The translations under genes were made by a program, and so were the position numbers. The notes under the pieces are model-generated. The model did not search any database and had not been told where the DNA came from. It saw only the letters and a list, made by a program, of their open reading frames with translations. Positions 29,675 through 41,380 of a stretch of 41,606 bases of DNA are shown here, piece by piece (the first letter of the stretch is position 1; the number at the start of each line of letters is the position of its first letter). The stretch comes from an uncultured Rickettsiales bacterium (GTDB taxonomy: Bacteria; Pseudomonadota; Alphaproteobacteria; Rickettsiales; UBA6187): assembly GCA_964616845.1 (NCBI GenBank), contig CAZTUN010000004.1, positions 1 to 41,606 of the forward strand. The letters are read 5' to 3'.

Positions 29675-30688
29675 TTAGTAAGGTTCTTCAAAACGTTTAG
29701 ATAAATCTTCAATATTTTCAGGTGGCCAACCATCTACTTCCATACCAAAGCGAAGCCCCATACTTGCAAGAACTTCTTTTATCTCATTTAGTGATTTACG
29801 ACCAAAATTAGGAGTTTTTAACATTTCACTCTCGGTTTTGCGTACCAAATCACCAATATAAACGATATTATCATTTTTAAGACAATTTTGTGAACGAACT
29901 GATAGCTCTAATTCATCAACTTTACGTAGTAAATTACGATCAAATTTAAGAATTTCTTCTTCAGCTTCTTCATTTTCTTTAACTTCTTCAAAGCTAATAA
30001 ATGTTTGTAACTGATCTTGCAATATACGAGCAGCTAGCGCAACTGACATTTCAGGAGTAATAGTTCCATTAGTCTCTATTGTTAAGAATAATTTATCATA
30101 GTCAGTAACTTGACCAACACGACTATTTTCAACTTTATAAGAAACTTGTTTAACTGGGCTATATAAAGCATCGATAGGTATTAATCCTATAGGCGCATCA
30201 GCAGGTCTGTTTTGACTAGCAGGAACATAACCTTTACCTGTTTCAATCATTAATTCAGCATGAAAATTCACACCTTCATTAAGAGTAAACAAAACATGGT
30301 CTTTATTTACGATCTCAATTTCTGCAGGAGTTTTTATCATTCCAGCAGTAACAACACAAGGTCCTGTTGCTTCTAATACCACTCTTTTTTTATCTACAAC
30401 ATGCGCACGGATTACGATACCCTTAATATTTAAGATAATATCTGTAACATCTTCACGCACGCCAGCAATAGAATCAAACTCATGAACAACGCCATCTATG
30501 CTGATAGAAGTAACTGCAGCACCTTGCAACGAAGAAAGTAAAACTCTACGTAGAGAGTTTCCTAAAGTTATGCCAAAACCCCTCTCTAAAGGCTCTACAA
30601 CTAAAGTAGCTCTAGTTGCTGTAGATTTTGACTCTTCTACTTGCACTTTGGATGGTTTAATTAAATCCTGCCAATTTTTTGCAATCAC
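29675..30688 (-). CDS. rpoA: DNA-directed RNA polymerase subunit alpha
   Basis: 337 aa with [11 protein letters not shown] and the C-terminal domain [12 protein letters not shown]. Confidence 0.97.
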   Translation of the reverse strand: MIAKNWQDLIKPSKVQVEESKSTATRATLVVEPLERGFGITLGNSLRRVLLSSLQGAAVTSISIDGVVHEFDSIAGVREDVTDIILNIKGIVIRAHVVDKKRVVLEATGPCVVTAGMIKTPAEIEIVNKDHVLFTLNEGVNFHAELMIETGKGYVPASQNRPADAPIGLIPIDALYSPVKQVSYKVENSRVGQVTDYDKLFLTIETNGTITPEMSVALAARILQDQLQTFISFEEVKENEEAEEEILKFDRNLLRKVDELELSVRSQNCLKNDNIVYIGDLVRKTESEMLKTPNFGRKSLNEIKEVLASMGLRFGMEVDGWPPENIEDLSKRFEEPY

Positions 30689-30752
30689 TGACCAACCTCT
30701 TTATATATAGTTCAAATAATATAATTTAAAATTAATACTCTAGTAATTAAGA

Positions 30753-31190
30753 CTAAACTCTTCTTTTCTTACGTGGTCTGCAACCATTATGCGGAACAGG
30801 CGTTTTATCTTTAATAGTAGTTATACTAAAACCAATAAGTTGTAACGCACGTAATGCAGATTCACGTCCAGAGCCTGGTCCTTTAACTTCAACAGAAACT
30901 GTTTTCATTCCTGATTCCATAGCTCTCTTACCAGCATGCTCAGCTGTAACTTGTGCTGCATACGGAGTAGATTTTCTAGAACCTTTAAATCCATGAGCTC
31001 CAGCCGAAGACCAAGAAATAACCCCACCTTGTAAATCGGTAATTGTTATTATAGTATTGTTAAAAGTAGAATTAACATAAACGATCCCTACAGGAACATT
31101 TTTTTTATCTTTTTTCTTAATTTTAACACCAGCATCACCAGCATTGGCTGAGTTTTCTAGTTTTTCTGCTTTAGCATTTTTTTCTGCCAT
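30753..31190 (-). CDS. rpsK: 30S ribosomal protein S11
   Basis: [14 protein letters not shown] and [13 protein letters not shown] motifs, with a short Lys/Ala-rich N-terminal extension. Confidence 0.97.
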   Translation of the reverse strand: MAEKNAKAEKLENSANAGDAGVKIKKKDKKNVPVGIVYVNSTFNNTIITITDLQGGVISWSSAGAHGFKGSRKSTPYAAQVTAEHAGKRAMESGMKTVSVEVKGPGSGRESALRALQLIGFSITTIKDKTPVPHNGCRPRKKRRV

Positions 31191-31220
31191 AATTTATTCC
31201 TTCAAATTTTATCTTAACCG

Positions 31221-31595
31221 CTATACAACTTTTTTCTTATTGGCAATTGTCTTAGCTTTACCTTTTCTAGTTCTCGCATTAGTACGAGTTCTTTGACCAC
31301 GAACAGGAAGTCTCTTACGATGTCTTAATCCTCTATAGCAACCTAAATCCATAAGAGATTTTATGCTCATAGCAACATCACGACGTAAGTAACCTTCTAC
31401 TACATAGTTTTTGTCTATGAATTCCCTAATTTTTAATATTTCATCTTCTGTTAGCTGATGAACTCTTTTAGAGCTATCTAATTTTAATTGCTTAACAATC
31501 TCACTAGCTCTTGTACGGCCAATTCCATATATATATGTTAAGGCTATTTCAATACGCTTCTGTGAAGGTATATTTACACCGGCAATACGCGCCAC
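31221..31595 (-). CDS. rpsM: 30S ribosomal protein S13
   Basis: A GTG start, the [11 protein letters not shown]-terminus and [24 protein letters not shown]. Confidence 0.97.
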   Translation of the reverse strand: MARIAGVNIPSQKRIEIALTYIYGIGRTRASEIVKQLKLDSSKRVHQLTEDEILKIREFIDKNYVVEGYLRRDVAMSIKSLMDLGCYRGLRHRKRLPVRGQRTRTNARTRKGKAKTIANKKKVV

Positions 31596-31681
31596 TTTTG
31601 TTCACTCCATTATTAATACTAATACAAAACTGTTAAAATTTCAAAAACTTACCAGCTTTTTCCCAAAATCAGAGGGACGAA

Positions 31682-32356
31682 TCATATATAGATATTATCA
31701 TCTGTCAATCTTTTTAATAACTGATTTATATGATCAGTTACTAAATTAATATCAAGCATGCCGTCTACTGTTTTTAGTACGTTTTTATGCTGATAATAAG
31801 GAACCAAAGGCTTTGTTTGCTTGTTGTAAACGTCCAAGCGAGCTTTCACCGTATCGGCATTATCATCAGCACGTCTGATAAATTCTTTTGCACCACATTT
31901 GTCACAAATATTAGGTACATTAGTTGGCTTAGATATATCGTTATACCCTTCACCACACATTTTGCAGCTAAACCTACCTGATATTCTTTTTACTAGGGCA
32001 GCATCATCAACCCTAATTTCAATTACTATATCTAAAGGCTTGTTTATAGAAGTTAGCATATTATCCAACGCCTCTGCCTGCGCTATAGTGCGCGGAAATC
32101 CATCAAGAATAAATCCATTTGCACAATCTGCTTGATTGATACGACTTTTTATCATTTCAATCATAATATCATCAGAAACTAATTTGCCTTGATCCATTAT
32201 ATTTTTTGCTTGCAAACCCAAATGACTTCCTGAAGCAACTTCAGCACGCAACATATCACCTGTAGATAATTGCACTATATTATTGGCTTTAGCCATTCTT
32301 ACTGCTTGAGTTCCCTTTCCTGCTCCTGGAGGGCCTAATAGAACTATTTTAACCAT
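31682..32356 (-). CDS. adk: adenylate kinase (zinc-lid form)
   Basis: P-loop GPPGAGKGTQ, with lid CKMCG...CDKCG. It follows secY. Confidence 0.95.
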   Translation of the reverse strand: MVKIVLLGPPGAGKGTQAVRMAKANNIVQLSTGDMLRAEVASGSHLGLQAKNIMDQGKLVSDDIMIEMIKSRINQADCANGFILDGFPRTIAQAEALDNMLTSINKPLDIVIEIRVDDAALVKRISGRFSCKMCGEGYNDISKPTNVPNICDKCGAKEFIRRADDNADTVKARLDVYNKQTKPLVPYYQHKNVLKTVDGMLDINLVTDHINQLLKRLTDDNIYI

Positions 32357-32359
32357 AAA

Positions 32360-33706
32360 CTACCTTCTACGTCCTCTCATATTAGTCTTTTTTAACAGAC
32401 CTTCATATTGATGAGCAAATAAGTGAGCTTGAACTTGATTAATTGTATCCATAAGCACGTTAACTGTAATCAATAAACTTGTTCCTCCCAAATAGAAAGG
32501 TACCGAGTATTTTGAAATTAACAACTCTGGTAATACGCAAACAGCTGCTAAATAAACAGAACCAACTACAGTTAATCTAGTTAATATATAATCAAAATAT
32601 TCTGAAGTATTTTTTCCTGGTCTTCTGCCTGGAATAAATCCACCATTTTTCTTTAAATTTTCAGCAGTTTCATCTGGATTAAAAATTACAGAAGTATAAA
32701 AAAAGCTAAAAAATATTATTATGGCAACATATAAAAATATATAGAGAGGCTTACCATGAGCTATATAGCGAACTATAAACTCTATCCAAGATGATGTATT
32801 TCCTGTGCCACTAAAACCTGCAATAGTTGCTGGAAATAATAATATAGAACTTGCAAATATAGGAGGAATTACACCAGCAGTATTAATTTTTAATGGCATA
32901 TGACTTGCCTCGCCACCAAAAATTTTATTACCCTGTTGACGCTTTGGATATTGCACAATAATTCTTCTATGCGCACGCTCCATAAAAACTATAAATGTAA
33001 TCAGACCTATAGCTAGAACTAACAAGAACAATACCAACCAGCCAGATAATTCACCATTTTTACTAAGATCTAAAGTACTTGCCACTGCATGAGGAAGTTG
33101 CGCTACTATTCCAGAAAATATAATTAAAGAAGTACCATTACCTATACCTCTAGAAGTAATTTGCTCGCCAAGCCACATTAAAAACATTGTGCCACTGACA
33201 AGAGTTACTACAGTTGTAATAATAAAAAATATTCCAGGATCAACCACAATAGAACTTCCTGCAACTGTCATTCTAGTAAGACCAGCGGCAATGCCCCAAG
33301 CTTGCATAGTAGCAAGACCAACCGTTGCATACCTAGTATATTGATTTATCTTTCTACGACCTGCATCACCATCTTTTTTTAAAGCAGCAATATGAGTTGA
33401 TACAACTGACAATAATTGTAATATTATTGATGCCGTAATATATGGCATAATATTTAAAGCAAAGATCGACATTCTCTTTAACGCACCGCCAGAGAACATA
33501 TCAAATACTCCAAGCACGCCACCTGAATTATTTTTCATCATTTCTGACAGGGCATGAGGATCTATGCTAGGAAGCGGTATATAGCTACCAAATCGATAAA
33601 CTAATAAAGCTAATATAGTGAAAAGTAAACGCTTCTTGAGTTCAGTGGCTTGTCCAATTACCCCCAAATTCAAACTTGCTGCCATCTTATCTGCTGTAGA
33701 AGCCAT
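32360..33706 (-). CDS. secY: preprotein translocase subunit SecY
   Basis: 448 aa with 10 TM segments, including the GIMPYITASIILQLL-like NIMPYITASIILQLL. Confidence 0.97.
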   Translation of the reverse strand: MASTADKMAASLNLGVIGQATELKKRLLFTILALLVYRFGSYIPLPSIDPHALSEMMKNNSGGVLGVFDMFSGGALKRMSIFALNIMPYITASIILQLLSVVSTHIAALKKDGDAGRRKINQYTRYATVGLATMQAWGIAAGLTRMTVAGSSIVVDPGIFFIITTVVTLVSGTMFLMWLGEQITSRGIGNGTSLIIFSGIVAQLPHAVASTLDLSKNGELSGWLVLFLLVLAIGLITFIVFMERAHRRIIVQYPKRQQGNKIFGGEASHMPLKINTAGVIPPIFASSILLFPATIAGFSGTGNTSSWIEFIVRYIAHGKPLYIFLYVAIIIFFSFFYTSVIFNPDETAENLKKNGGFIPGRRPGKNTSEYFDYILTRLTVVGSVYLAAVCVLPELLISKYSVPFYLGGTSLLITVNVLMDTINQVQAHLFAHQYEGLLKKTNMRGRRR

Positions 33707-33776
33707 ATTAACCTATATTTTTAGTGAAGCTAAAATAAACAATGGTACTTTCCATTGCTGTAAAATAATAAAATAT

Positions 33777-34244
33777 CTAGGCAGCTTTCTTAACTAAAAG
33801 AACAACCTCTCCGCCTGCTTTACGAACTAATTCTATCGCAGAAGCAGAAGCAGAATCAGCCTCAATTTTTATAGACGCTTTAAGCTCACCTTTTGCAAGT
33901 AATTTAAGAGGTTTATTAGCTTTGATGATGCCATTTTTTAGCATTACTTCTTTGGTAAGTGTATCAGAAGCTTTAATTTTTTTCTCATCAATTAATTTCT
34001 GAATATCACCAATATTTATTTTCTGGAATGTTATTCTAGACATGCTAACAAAGCCCTTTTTAGGAACTCTTCTATAAATAGGCATTTGACCACCTTCAAA
34101 TCCATTAATAGAAACACCAGAACGCGATTTTTGTCCTTTATGTCCAGCACCGCAAGTTTTACCTTTTCCTGAACCAATTCCACGACCAACACGCATGCGT
34201 TTTTTACGACTGTAACTAGGATCTGTTAATTCATTAAGTTTCAT
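33777..34244 (-). CDS. rplO: 50S ribosomal protein L15
   Basis: RVGRGIGSGKGKTCGAGHKGQKSRSG. Confidence 0.97.
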   Translation of the reverse strand: MKLNELTDPSYSRKKRMRVGRGIGSGKGKTCGAGHKGQKSRSGVSINGFEGGQMPIYRRVPKKGFVSMSRITFQKINIGDIQKLIDEKKIKASDTLTKEVMLKNGIIKANKPLKLLAKGELKASIKIEADSASASAIELVRKAGGEVVLLVKKAA

Positions 34245-34318
34245 ATTTTACCTATTTATATAATATTCTTTAACTTTATCTTTACTAATAACAATTTTAC
34301 TAACAAAGAAATAACTAA

Positions 34319-34534
34319 TTATATTTCCTCAACCTTAACAAGATGAGAAACCCTTTTTATCATCCCTCTTATCGAAGGAGAATCTGCAAATTCCTTAACA
34401 CGATTAATTTTGTTAAGACCAAGAGCAACCAAAATTTTTCTTTGATTGGCAATTCTACCAATTGGACTAGCTGTTTGCACAACTCTTAACTTTGCTGCTT
34501 TTTTTTGACTAGACATTTTATAATCTCCTACCAT
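34319..34534 (-). CDS. rpmD: 50S ribosomal protein L30
   Basis: LRVVQTASPIGRIANQRKILVALGL. The true start is probably the Met at 34516. Confidence 0.9.
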   Translation of the reverse strand: MVGDYKMSSQKKAAKLRVVQTASPIGRIANQRKILVALGLNKINRVKEFADSPSIRGMIKRVSHLVKVEEI

Positions 34535-34561
34535 ATTTTAGAAACTAATTTTAAAGTTTCA

Positions 34562-35179
34562 TTATTTAGCTACTTTTTTATTAGCATTCTTATTAGATGC
34601 TGGTTTTTCTGCTGCTACTTCTTTTTCTTCTTTAGAAGCATCTTTACCAGATTCTCTACGACCAATAATTTCGCCAACTTTTTTACCACGTTTATCAGCG
34701 ATATTACGAGGTGAATTTAATCTTGAAAATGCATTAAAGCAAGCTTTAACCATGTTATGAGCATTAGAAGTTCCAATAGATTTTACAACTATATCTTGTA
34801 TCCCCAAACATTCAAATACAGCACGTAAAGATCCACCTGCAATTATTCCTGTTCCTGGAGGAGCACTTCTTAATAATACTTTAGCTGAGCCAAATTTTCC
34901 TACTATATCATGGTGAATTGTACGACCTTCTCTAAGTGGCACTTTTACCATAGATTTTTTTGCATCTTCAGCAGCTTTAGTTTTAGCACTCATGACTTCT
35001 ATAGCTTTACCAGAACCGTAACCTACACGACCTTTACTATCACCAACAATAACTAAGGCAGCAAAACCAAATCTTCTTCCACCCTTAACTACTTTAGCAA
35101 CACGTCTAATGTTTACTAACGATTCCTGAAGATCTGATCTTTCTTCTTTTTCTACTTTATTGTTCTTTGCTTTTGCCAT
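34562..35179 (-). CDS. rpsE: 30S ribosomal protein S5
   Basis: [23 protein letters not shown], with a Lys-rich C-terminal extension. Confidence 0.97.
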   Translation of the reverse strand: MAKAKNNKVEKEERSDLQESLVNIRRVAKVVKGGRRFGFAALVIVGDSKGRVGYGSGKAIEVMSAKTKAAEDAKKSMVKVPLREGRTIHHDIVGKFGSAKVLLRSAPPGTGIIAGGSLRAVFECLGIQDIVVKSIGTSNAHNMVKACFNAFSRLNSPRNIADKRGKKVGEIIGRRESGKDASKEEKEVAAEKPASNKNANKKVAK

Positions 35180-35212
35180 AATTTATATGCCTATATTTAT
35201 TTAGATTAATCA

Positions 35213-35584
35213 CTAAAACTTCAAACCGTTTTCACGAGCCGCATCAGCTAAAGCCTTTACACGACCGTGAAATAAATAACCGCCTCTGTCCATATAAACT
35301 GTGTCTATATTTGCAGCTTTTGCAAGTTCAGCTAATTTTTTGCCAACTATTTGAGCAGCCTTTATATCAGAAGTAGTTTTTAATTCTTTTGCTATATCTT
35401 TATTTAGCGTAGAAGCACTAACTAAAGTTTTACTATTTTTATCATCAACGATTTGAGCATAGATATGAAGATTAGAACGGAAAACCGTTAATCTAAAATG
35501 TCCTGCACGATTAGACTTAAGCTTACGACGAACTCTAGCCTTTCTACGTTCAAACAACTCTTTTGCTTTATTAGCTGAAGCCAT
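35213..35584 (-). CDS. rplR: 50S ribosomal protein L18
   Basis: [18 protein letters not shown]...[25 protein letters not shown]. Confidence 0.97.
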   Translation of the reverse strand: MASANKAKELFERRKARVRRKLKSNRAGHFRLTVFRSNLHIYAQIVDDKNSKTLVSASTLNKDIAKELKTTSDIKAAQIVGKKLAELAKAANIDTVYMDRGGYLFHGRVKALADAARENGLKF

Positions 35585-35620
35585 TTTTATATCCTCAATT
35601 TATTTACAAAATTATATCAA

Positions 35621-36154
35621 TTATTTTTTCTTACCTTCTTTACGACGAATGTAAGAATTTTCTGGGAAAATACCTTTGCCTTTATATGGCTCAGCTGGAC
35701 GTAACTTCATAAGATCTCCAGCTATTTGACCAATTTTCTGACGATCAGGTCCTGAAATAACTACCAAAGTAGGTTTCTCACATTTTACTGCAACACCTTC
35801 TGGTATTGCATATTTTATATCATGGCTAAATCCAAGAGCTAAAGAGATAAATTTATTATCTGAAGCCGCACGATAACCAACTCCATTAATTACTAGTCTT
35901 ATAGAAAAACCAGCAGTAACACCCTTTATCATGTTATTGATGTTATTACGAACAGTTCCCCACATAGCTCTTGATTTCTTAGAATCATTAGCTGGATTAA
36001 CTTGTACTTTACCATCAACAATCTCAAATTTTACATCATCAGTTAAGTTATATTTTAACTCACCTAACTTACCTTTTATCACCACCACACTACCATTCAG
36101 AGAAACATTTACATCTGAAGGTATAGTTACAGCTAATTTTCCGACACGTGACAT
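35621..36154 (-). CDS. rplF: 50S ribosomal protein L6
   Basis: MSRVGKLAVTIP...PEPYKGKGI. Confidence 0.97.
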   Translation of the reverse strand: MSRVGKLAVTIPSDVNVSLNGSVVVIKGKLGELKYNLTDDVKFEIVDGKVQVNPANDSKKSRAMWGTVRNNINNMIKGVTAGFSIRLVINGVGYRAASDNKFISLALGFSHDIKYAIPEGVAVKCEKPTLVVISGPDRQKIGQIAGDLMKLRPAEPYKGKGIFPENSYIRRKEGKKK

Positions 36155-36192
36155 TTTTTTACTCTTTTATTAAAAATATTAAAATTAAAACC

Positions 36193-36588
36193 CTAAAATA
36201 CCACACATAAAACTTCACCACCAACATTGGCCTTTCTAGCTTCATGATCTGACATAACTCCTTGTGGAGTAGATATTATGACAATACCAAGACCATTATA
36301 GAATTTTTTTAAGTCTTCTATAGCTGAATAAACTCTTCTACCTGGTTTTGAAACACGATCAATCTGAGTAATTACAGGCTCTCCAGAACTATCATATTTT
36401 AATTCAACTACTAAATTTGGCTTATCGCCTTCTAGTTTTTTATATTCTTTTATATAACCTTCACGTTTCAATACTGCAAGCACAGATTCACGTAATTTAG
36501 AATGAGGGAATTCTATACTATATAATCTTGCAGATTGCCCGTTACGTATACGGGTTAACATATCAGCTAGTGTATCAGTCATTGACAT
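36193..36588 (-). CDS. rpsH: 30S ribosomal protein S8
   Basis: DTLADMLTRIRNGQ...GGEVLCVVF. Confidence 0.97.
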   Translation of the reverse strand: MSMTDTLADMLTRIRNGQSARLYSIEFPHSKLRESVLAVLKREGYIKEYKKLEGDKPNLVVELKYDSSGEPVITQIDRVSKPGRRVYSAIEDLKKFYNGLGIVIISTPQGVMSDHEARKANVGGEVLCVVF

Positions 36589-36600
36589 TTTTATTTTTCC

Positions 36601-36906
36601 TTACCAACTAGATTTAACAACACCTGGAAGTTGTCCCAACGCAGCCAGATCACGCAAAGCTATACGAGACATCTTAAATTTACGATAGTAACCACGAGGT
36701 CTTCCTGTAATTTCACAACGGTTACGGTAACGTATTCTAGAACTATTACGAGGCAATTTGTTCATTTTTAATTGAGCTTCAAATCTTTCTTCCATAGTAA
36801 TAGACTTATTCATTATAATAGCCTTAAGCTTTTTACGCTTTAAAGCATATTTTTTTTCTAATGCTTTTCTTTTTTTGTCACGTTCAATCATGCTGGTTTT
36901 TGCCAT
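36601..36906 (-). CDS. rpsN: 30S ribosomal protein S14 (long, non-zinc form)
   Basis: 101 aa with [26 protein letters not shown]. Confidence 0.97.
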   Translation of the reverse strand: MAKTSMIERDKKRKALEKKYALKRKKLKAIIMNKSITMEERFEAQLKMNKLPRNSSRIRYRNRCEITGRPRGYYRKFKMSRIALRDLAALGQLPGVVKSSW

Positions 36907-36925
36907 ATGCGTCCCATACCTCTGT

Positions 36926-37471
36926 TTAATTCAAAAATGGTATATTAAATAATTTTAATAATTCTTTTGCCTCATTATCATTAGCAGCACTTGTAACTAT
37001 TACAATATCCATACCTCTGATTTTATCAATTTTATCATAATTGATCTCAGGAAAAACAATCTGCTCTTTTATACCAAAAGAAAAATTGCCTCTACCATCG
37101 AAAGATTTAGAGCTAACTCCTCTAAAGTCTCTTACTCTTGGCATCGCAATATTAACAAGCCTCTCTAAAAACTCATACATACGTCTTTTACGAAGAGTAA
37201 CCGTACAACCTATAGGCTGATTCTCTCTTAATTTAAACGTAGCAATAGATTTTCTTGCTTTTGTAATTACAGGTTTTTGACCAGCAATTAATTTCATATC
37301 ATCAGCAGCTGCATTAACAGATTTAGTATCAGGTTCTCTAACACCCATATTAATACAAATTTTTACTAACTTTGGAACTTCCATATGGTTAGAGTAATTA
37401 AACTTTTTTTGTAACTGTTTAATTATCTCTTTCTCATAAAGTTCTTGATAATTAGCTTTCGTAGCTGTCAT
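36926..37471 (-). CDS. rplE: 50S ribosomal protein L5
   Basis: [12 protein letters not shown]...[20 protein letters not shown]. Confidence 0.97.
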   Translation of the reverse strand: MTATKANYQELYEKEIIKQLQKKFNYSNHMEVPKLVKICINMGVREPDTKSVNAAADDMKLIAGQKPVITKARKSIATFKLRENQPIGCTVTLRKRRMYEFLERLVNIAMPRVRDFRGVSSKSFDGRGNFSFGIKEQIVFPEINYDKIDKIRGMDIVIVTSAANDNEAKELLKLFNIPFLN

Positions 37472-37490
37472 AATCTTTTTCCTTATTTTA

Positions 37491-37814
37491 TTAACTATCT
37501 ATTACTTCACCCGAATCTTTTGCATATCTTACTTTTTTTCCATCTTTCAGGATTTTATAACCAACACGAGTTGCTTTTCCTGATTTTGGATCAACATAAG
37601 CTACATTAGAAGCATTTATAGGTAATTCTATTTCTATAATTCCCCCTGCTCCTTGTGCGCTAGGTTTTTTATGTTTTTTAGCTACGTTTACGCCAGATAC
37701 TTTTACTTTATTATCAGCTGGAATAACTTCAATGATTTTTCCTTCTTTGCCTTTATGTTTGCCAGCAATTACTTTAACCAAATCACCTTTTTTTATACGC
37801 AATTTATTAACCAT
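37491..37814 (-). CDS. rplX: 50S ribosomal protein L24
   Basis: [24 protein letters not shown] motif. Confidence 0.97.
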   Translation of the reverse strand: MVNKLRIKKGDLVKVIAGKHKGKEGKIIEVIPADNKVKVSGVNVAKKHKKPSAQGAGGIIEIELPINASNVAYVDPKSGKATRVGYKILKDGKKVRYAKDSGEVIDS

Positions 37815-37816
37815 GA

Positions 37817-38185
37817 CTAGATAACCTCCGGAGCAAGTGAAATAATTTTCATAAATTGTTTTCCTCTTAATTCTCTTGGCACTGGACCAAATATACGGCT
37901 ACCTATTGGTTCGTTTTGCTTATTTAACAATACAACCGCATTACGATCAAATCTTATAATGCTTCCATCACCGCGTTTAATGGATTTTTTAGTTCTTACT
38001 ATAACAGCACGGTGTACTGTACCTTTTTTAACTTTTGCTCGTGGAATAGCAGTTTTAATTGAAACTACTATTACATCTCCAACAGCAGCAGTCTTTCTCT
38101 TTGATCCACCAAGTACTTTTATACATTGTACTTCTTGAGCTCCAGAGTTATCAGCCACTGTTAATCTTGTTTGCATCTGTATCAT
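37817..38185 (-). CDS. rplN: 50S ribosomal protein L14
   Basis: [16 protein letters not shown]... Confidence 0.98.
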   Translation of the reverse strand: MIQMQTRLTVADNSGAQEVQCIKVLGGSKRKTAAVGDVIVVSIKTAIPRAKVKKGTVHRAVIVRTKKSIKRGDGSIIRFDRNAVVLLNKQNEPIGSRIFGPVPRELRGKQFMKIISLAPEVI

Positions 38186-38231
38186 ATATTCATTCCTAAA
38201 ATTACAGGCTTAAACTTTTATTAAAAATACC

Positions 38232-38474
38232 TTAAGCGGTTTTACCTTCTTCGATTACTTCCCAATGCTTACGCTTAGATAATGGACGACACTCAACGAT
38301 TTTCACCTCATCACCTTCTGCATATTTATTGTGTTCATCATGCGCTAGATATTTCTTTTTAATTTTTATAATTTTTCCATAAACGGCATGAGTAATTTTA
38401 CGCTCAACCAAAACAGTTACTGTTTTATCCGCTTTTTTTCTAACAACTATACCTTGCAATACACGTCTAGCCAT
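38232..38474 (-). CDS. rpsQ: 30S ribosomal protein S17
   Basis: The start is taken at [11 protein letters not shown] (ATG at 38472-38474), which overlaps the rpmC stop (ATGGCTAG). The longer 93-aa ORF is an upstream read-through of the frame. Confidence 0.93.
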   Translation of the reverse strand: MARRVLQGIVVRKKADKTVTVLVERKITHAVYGKIIKIKKKYLAHDEHNKYAEGDEVKIVECRPLSKRKHWEVIEEGKTA

Positions 38475-38685
38475 TTTGAACACCTTCCTGCCCTTTTTTA
38501 CGAGCAATTTCATTTATTACCGTTTTTACTCTTGCCACGTCTTTTCTTACTTCTCTAACACGACTTAATTTATTAATTTCACCACTTACTTTTTGAAAAC
38601 GAAGATTAAACGCTTCTTTTTTCAAATTAAGCAAGAGCTGCTTTAACTCATCAATAGTCTTACTTCTTACATCAGCTATTTTCAT
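38467..38685 (-). CDS. rpmC: 50S ribosomal protein L29
   Basis: [19 protein letters not shown]. Confidence 0.95.
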   Translation of the reverse strand: MKIADVRSKTIDELKQLLLNLKKEAFNLRFQKVSGEINKLSRVREVRKDVARVKTVINEIARKKGQEGVQNG

Positions 38686-38703
38686 AACTATAAAACTCCA
38701 AAA

Positions 38704-39114
38704 CTAATCAGGATTCTTTACAAACTTAGTATCTACAGGCAACTTTGCAGAAGCAAGTTCGAAAGCACTTCTAGCTAGCTCCTCAGGAATACCATCTAAT
38801 TCAAACATGATTCTTCCTGGTTTTACACGTACTACCCAAAACTCTGGCATACCTTTACCTTTACCCATACGAACCTCAGCTGGCTTACGCGAAACTGGAA
38901 CATCAGGGAAGATACGAATCCAAAGTCTTCCAGCACGCTTAATATGGTGCTGAATAGTTTTTCTTGCTGCTTCAATTTGCCTAGAATTAATTCTTTCTGG
39001 CTCAAGAGCTTTTAATCCATAAGCACCAAAGTTAAGCTGGGTTCCACCCTTAGCATTACCATGTATACGGCCTTTATGCGCCTTACGATATTTCGTTTTT
39101 TTAGGAACAAACAT
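38704..39114 (-). CDS. rplP: 50S ribosomal protein L16
   Basis: [16 protein letters not shown]...RMGKGKG. Confidence 0.98.
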   Translation of the reverse strand: MFVPKKTKYRKAHKGRIHGNAKGGTQLNFGAYGLKALEPERINSRQIEAARKTIQHHIKRAGRLWIRIFPDVPVSRKPAEVRMGKGKGMPEFWVVRVKPGRIMFELDGIPEELARSAFELASAKLPVDTKFVKNPD

Positions 39115-39812
39115 TATTCTTCACTCTTTTTTTCAGTTTCAGGTTGGTAATCATTTGCTACCACTACTTCTTTAACTTGGTCTGGACTATAAACATCACC
39201 TTTATAAACCCATACTTTTATACCAATTACACCATAAGTAGTAGCCGCCTCTGCAGTACCATAATCAATGTCAGCACGTAAAGTATGTAGAGGAACACGA
39301 CCTTCACGATACCATTCCATACGGGCTATTTCCGCACCACCAAGTCTTCCTGATACGTTTACCCTAATTCCTTTTGCTCCCAATCTAATTGCAGATTGCA
39401 TAGCACGTTTCATAGCACGTCTGAAAGAAACCCTTTTTTCTAATTGCTGAGCAATAGTTTCAGCGATTAAAACCGCATCAGCTTCTGGTTTTCTAACCTC
39501 AACAATATTGATACTAACTTCAGCTTTTACTATTTTAGTAACTTGCTTTTTAATTTTATCAATATCAGAGCCTTTCTTGCCGATTAATATCCCTGGGCGA
39601 GAAGTATAGATAATAACTCTTGCTTTAGCAGCAGAACGCTCAATAACAACTTTACTAATACCAGAAAAGCGTAAGTTCTTTTTTATATACTGACGAATTT
39701 GAAAATCTTGATGTAAATTTGCTGCGTAATTATCGCCTTCTGCAAACCAACGAGAATCCCAAGTTCTATTTATTCCTACACGTAATCCAATCGGTCTTGT
39801 TTTTTGTCCCAC
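39114..39812 (-). CDS. rpsC: 30S ribosomal protein S3
   Basis: A GTG start, [13 protein letters not shown] and the KH domain GILIGKKG. Its stop overlaps the rplP start. Confidence 0.98.
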   Translation of the reverse strand: MGQKTRPIGLRVGINRTWDSRWFAEGDNYAANLHQDFQIRQYIKKNLRFSGISKVVIERSAAKARVIIYTSRPGILIGKKGSDIDKIKKQVTKIVKAEVSINIVEVRKPEADAVLIAETIAQQLEKRVSFRRAMKRAMQSAIRLGAKGIRVNVSGRLGGAEIARMEWYREGRVPLHTLRADIDYGTAEAATTYGVIGIKVWVYKGDVYSPDQVKEVVVANDYQPETEKKSEE

Positions 39813-39817
39813 GTTAA

Positions 39818-40195
39818 CTACTCCTCTAGTTGTTCTGTAACTATTATTTCTAGATTGCTAAAAGGCTTTATAATTCTACCAGCCCTACCACGAGCACGCG
39901 CATGTACTCTTTTCATAACAAAAGCTTTACCAACTCTAGTTTCTGTTACAACCAATCTATCAATATCCAAACCATGATTATTTTCAGCATTTGCTATCGC
40001 TGCTTGTAGCACAGCTTTTACATCTTTGGCAATACGTTTTCTATTAAATTGTAATTGTACCAAAGCTTCATTTGCTTTTAACCCTCTAATCAAATTTGCT
40101 ACTAGACCCAATTTGCGCGGACTTATTCTAATAACAGTTTGCTTAGCACTGGCTTGGTTTTCTTTTAATTGTCTTGCTAATGCAGTTTTTCCCAT
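39818..40195 (-). CDS. rplV: 50S ribosomal protein L22
   Basis: [16 protein letters not shown]...[18 protein letters not shown]. Confidence 0.97.
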   Translation of the reverse strand: MGKTALARQLKENQASAKQTVIRISPRKLGLVANLIRGLKANEALVQLQFNRKRIAKDVKAVLQAAIANAENNHGLDIDRLVVTETRVGKAFVMKRVHARARGRAGRIIKPFSNLEIIVTEQLEE

Positions 40196-40204
40196 AACTA
40201 AATC

Positions 40205-40483
40205 CTATTTCTGTTCAACTTTTTTATCTGCACCATGGCCAACGAAAATTCTTGTTGGAGAAAACTCTCCGAATTTATGACCAACCATTTCTTCAACAAT
40301 ATTAACTGGTACATATTTTTTACCGTTATAAACACCAAAACTAACTCCAACAAATTGAGGTAGAATAGTAGAACGTCTAGATCTAATATTTATAACTTTA
40401 CGATTTGATGTACTTCTTGCCTTGTCTACTTTTTTGATAACATAGTTATCTACAAAAGGACCTTTCCAAACTGAACGTGGCAT
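40205..40483 (-). CDS. rpsS: 30S ribosomal protein S19
   Basis: [12 protein letters not shown]...[11 protein letters not shown]. Confidence 0.98.
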   Translation of the reverse strand: MPRSVWKGPFVDNYVIKKVDKARSTSNRKVINIRSRRSTILPQFVGVSFGVYNGKKYVPVNIVEEMVGHKFGEFSPTRIFVGHGADKKVEQK

Positions 40484-40505
40484 GCAAATGAACTCCTAAA
40501 TTAAC

Positions 40506-41333
40506 CTATTTTTGATATCTTCTTGTTAAAATAAACTTATTCGTACGCTTATTATTACGTGTACGTTTACCTTTAGTAGGCTTACCCCAAGGAGTGACTG
40601 GGTGACGTCCACCAGACGTTTTACCTTCACCACCACCATGTGGGTGATCAACTGGATTCATTGCAACTCCACGCACCGTAGGACGGATACCCTTCCAACG
40701 ATTACGACCAGCTTTACCTATTACTATGTTTTGATGATCTGGATTAGAAACAGCTCCAATTGTAGCCATACAATCTGAACTTACTAATCTTACCTCACCA
40801 GAACGTAATCTTAATAGCGCATAACCATAATCTTTTCCAGTAAGCTGAGCATAGCTACCAGCGGCTCTAGAAAGCTGTCCGCCCTTACCAGGTTTCATTT
40901 CAATGTTATGCACAATTGTTCCAACAGGAATGTTTTTTAGAGGCAATGCGTTACCCGGACGAATATCAACACGCTCGCCAGAAACAACAGTTGCGCCAAT
41001 TTTTAATCTTTGCGGAGCCAAGATATAAGAAACCGTATCATCTTGATATCTTATCAAAGCTATAAAAGCAGTACGGTTAGGATCGTATTCTATTCTTTCA
41101 ACTTTTCCAGCTACATCAAATTTATTACGTTTAAAATCAACTAATCTATAACGTTTTTTATGACCGCCACCAATATGACGAGTTGTAACATGACCATGGT
41201 TGTTACGCCCACCTGTATTTCTTTTACCAACAGTAAGACTTTTTTCAGGTTTGCCTTTCCATAACTCAGAACGATCAACTAAAACTAGTTGACGCTGAGA
41301 GGGAGTAGTTGGATTAAATGTTTTTAAAGCCAT
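40506..41333 (-). CDS. rplB: 50S ribosomal protein L2
   Basis: GGGHKKRYR...[15 protein letters not shown]. Confidence 0.98.
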   Translation of the reverse strand: MALKTFNPTTPSQRQLVLVDRSELWKGKPEKSLTVGKRNTGGRNNHGHVTTRHIGGGHKKRYRLVDFKRNKFDVAGKVERIEYDPNRTAFIALIRYQDDTVSYILAPQRLKIGATVVSGERVDIRPGNALPLKNIPVGTIVHNIEMKPGKGGQLSRAAGSYAQLTGKDYGYALLRLRSGEVRLVSSDCMATIGAVSNPDHQNIVIGKAGRNRWKGIRPTVRGVAMNPVDHPHGGGEGKTSGGRHPVTPWGKPTKGKRTRNNKRTNKFILTRRYQK

Positions 41334-41380
41334 AATTTTAACTTTCCTAACAATCTTTTATCAAATAACCAATTAAACAA

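Noticed and set aside
31596-31681. A missing rpmJ/infA between adk and rpsM, as a possible deletion or a hidden small gene.
   Set aside because: The 86-bp gap cannot hold L36 or IF-1. Absence at this position is the normal alphaproteobacterial arrangement rather than an anomaly.
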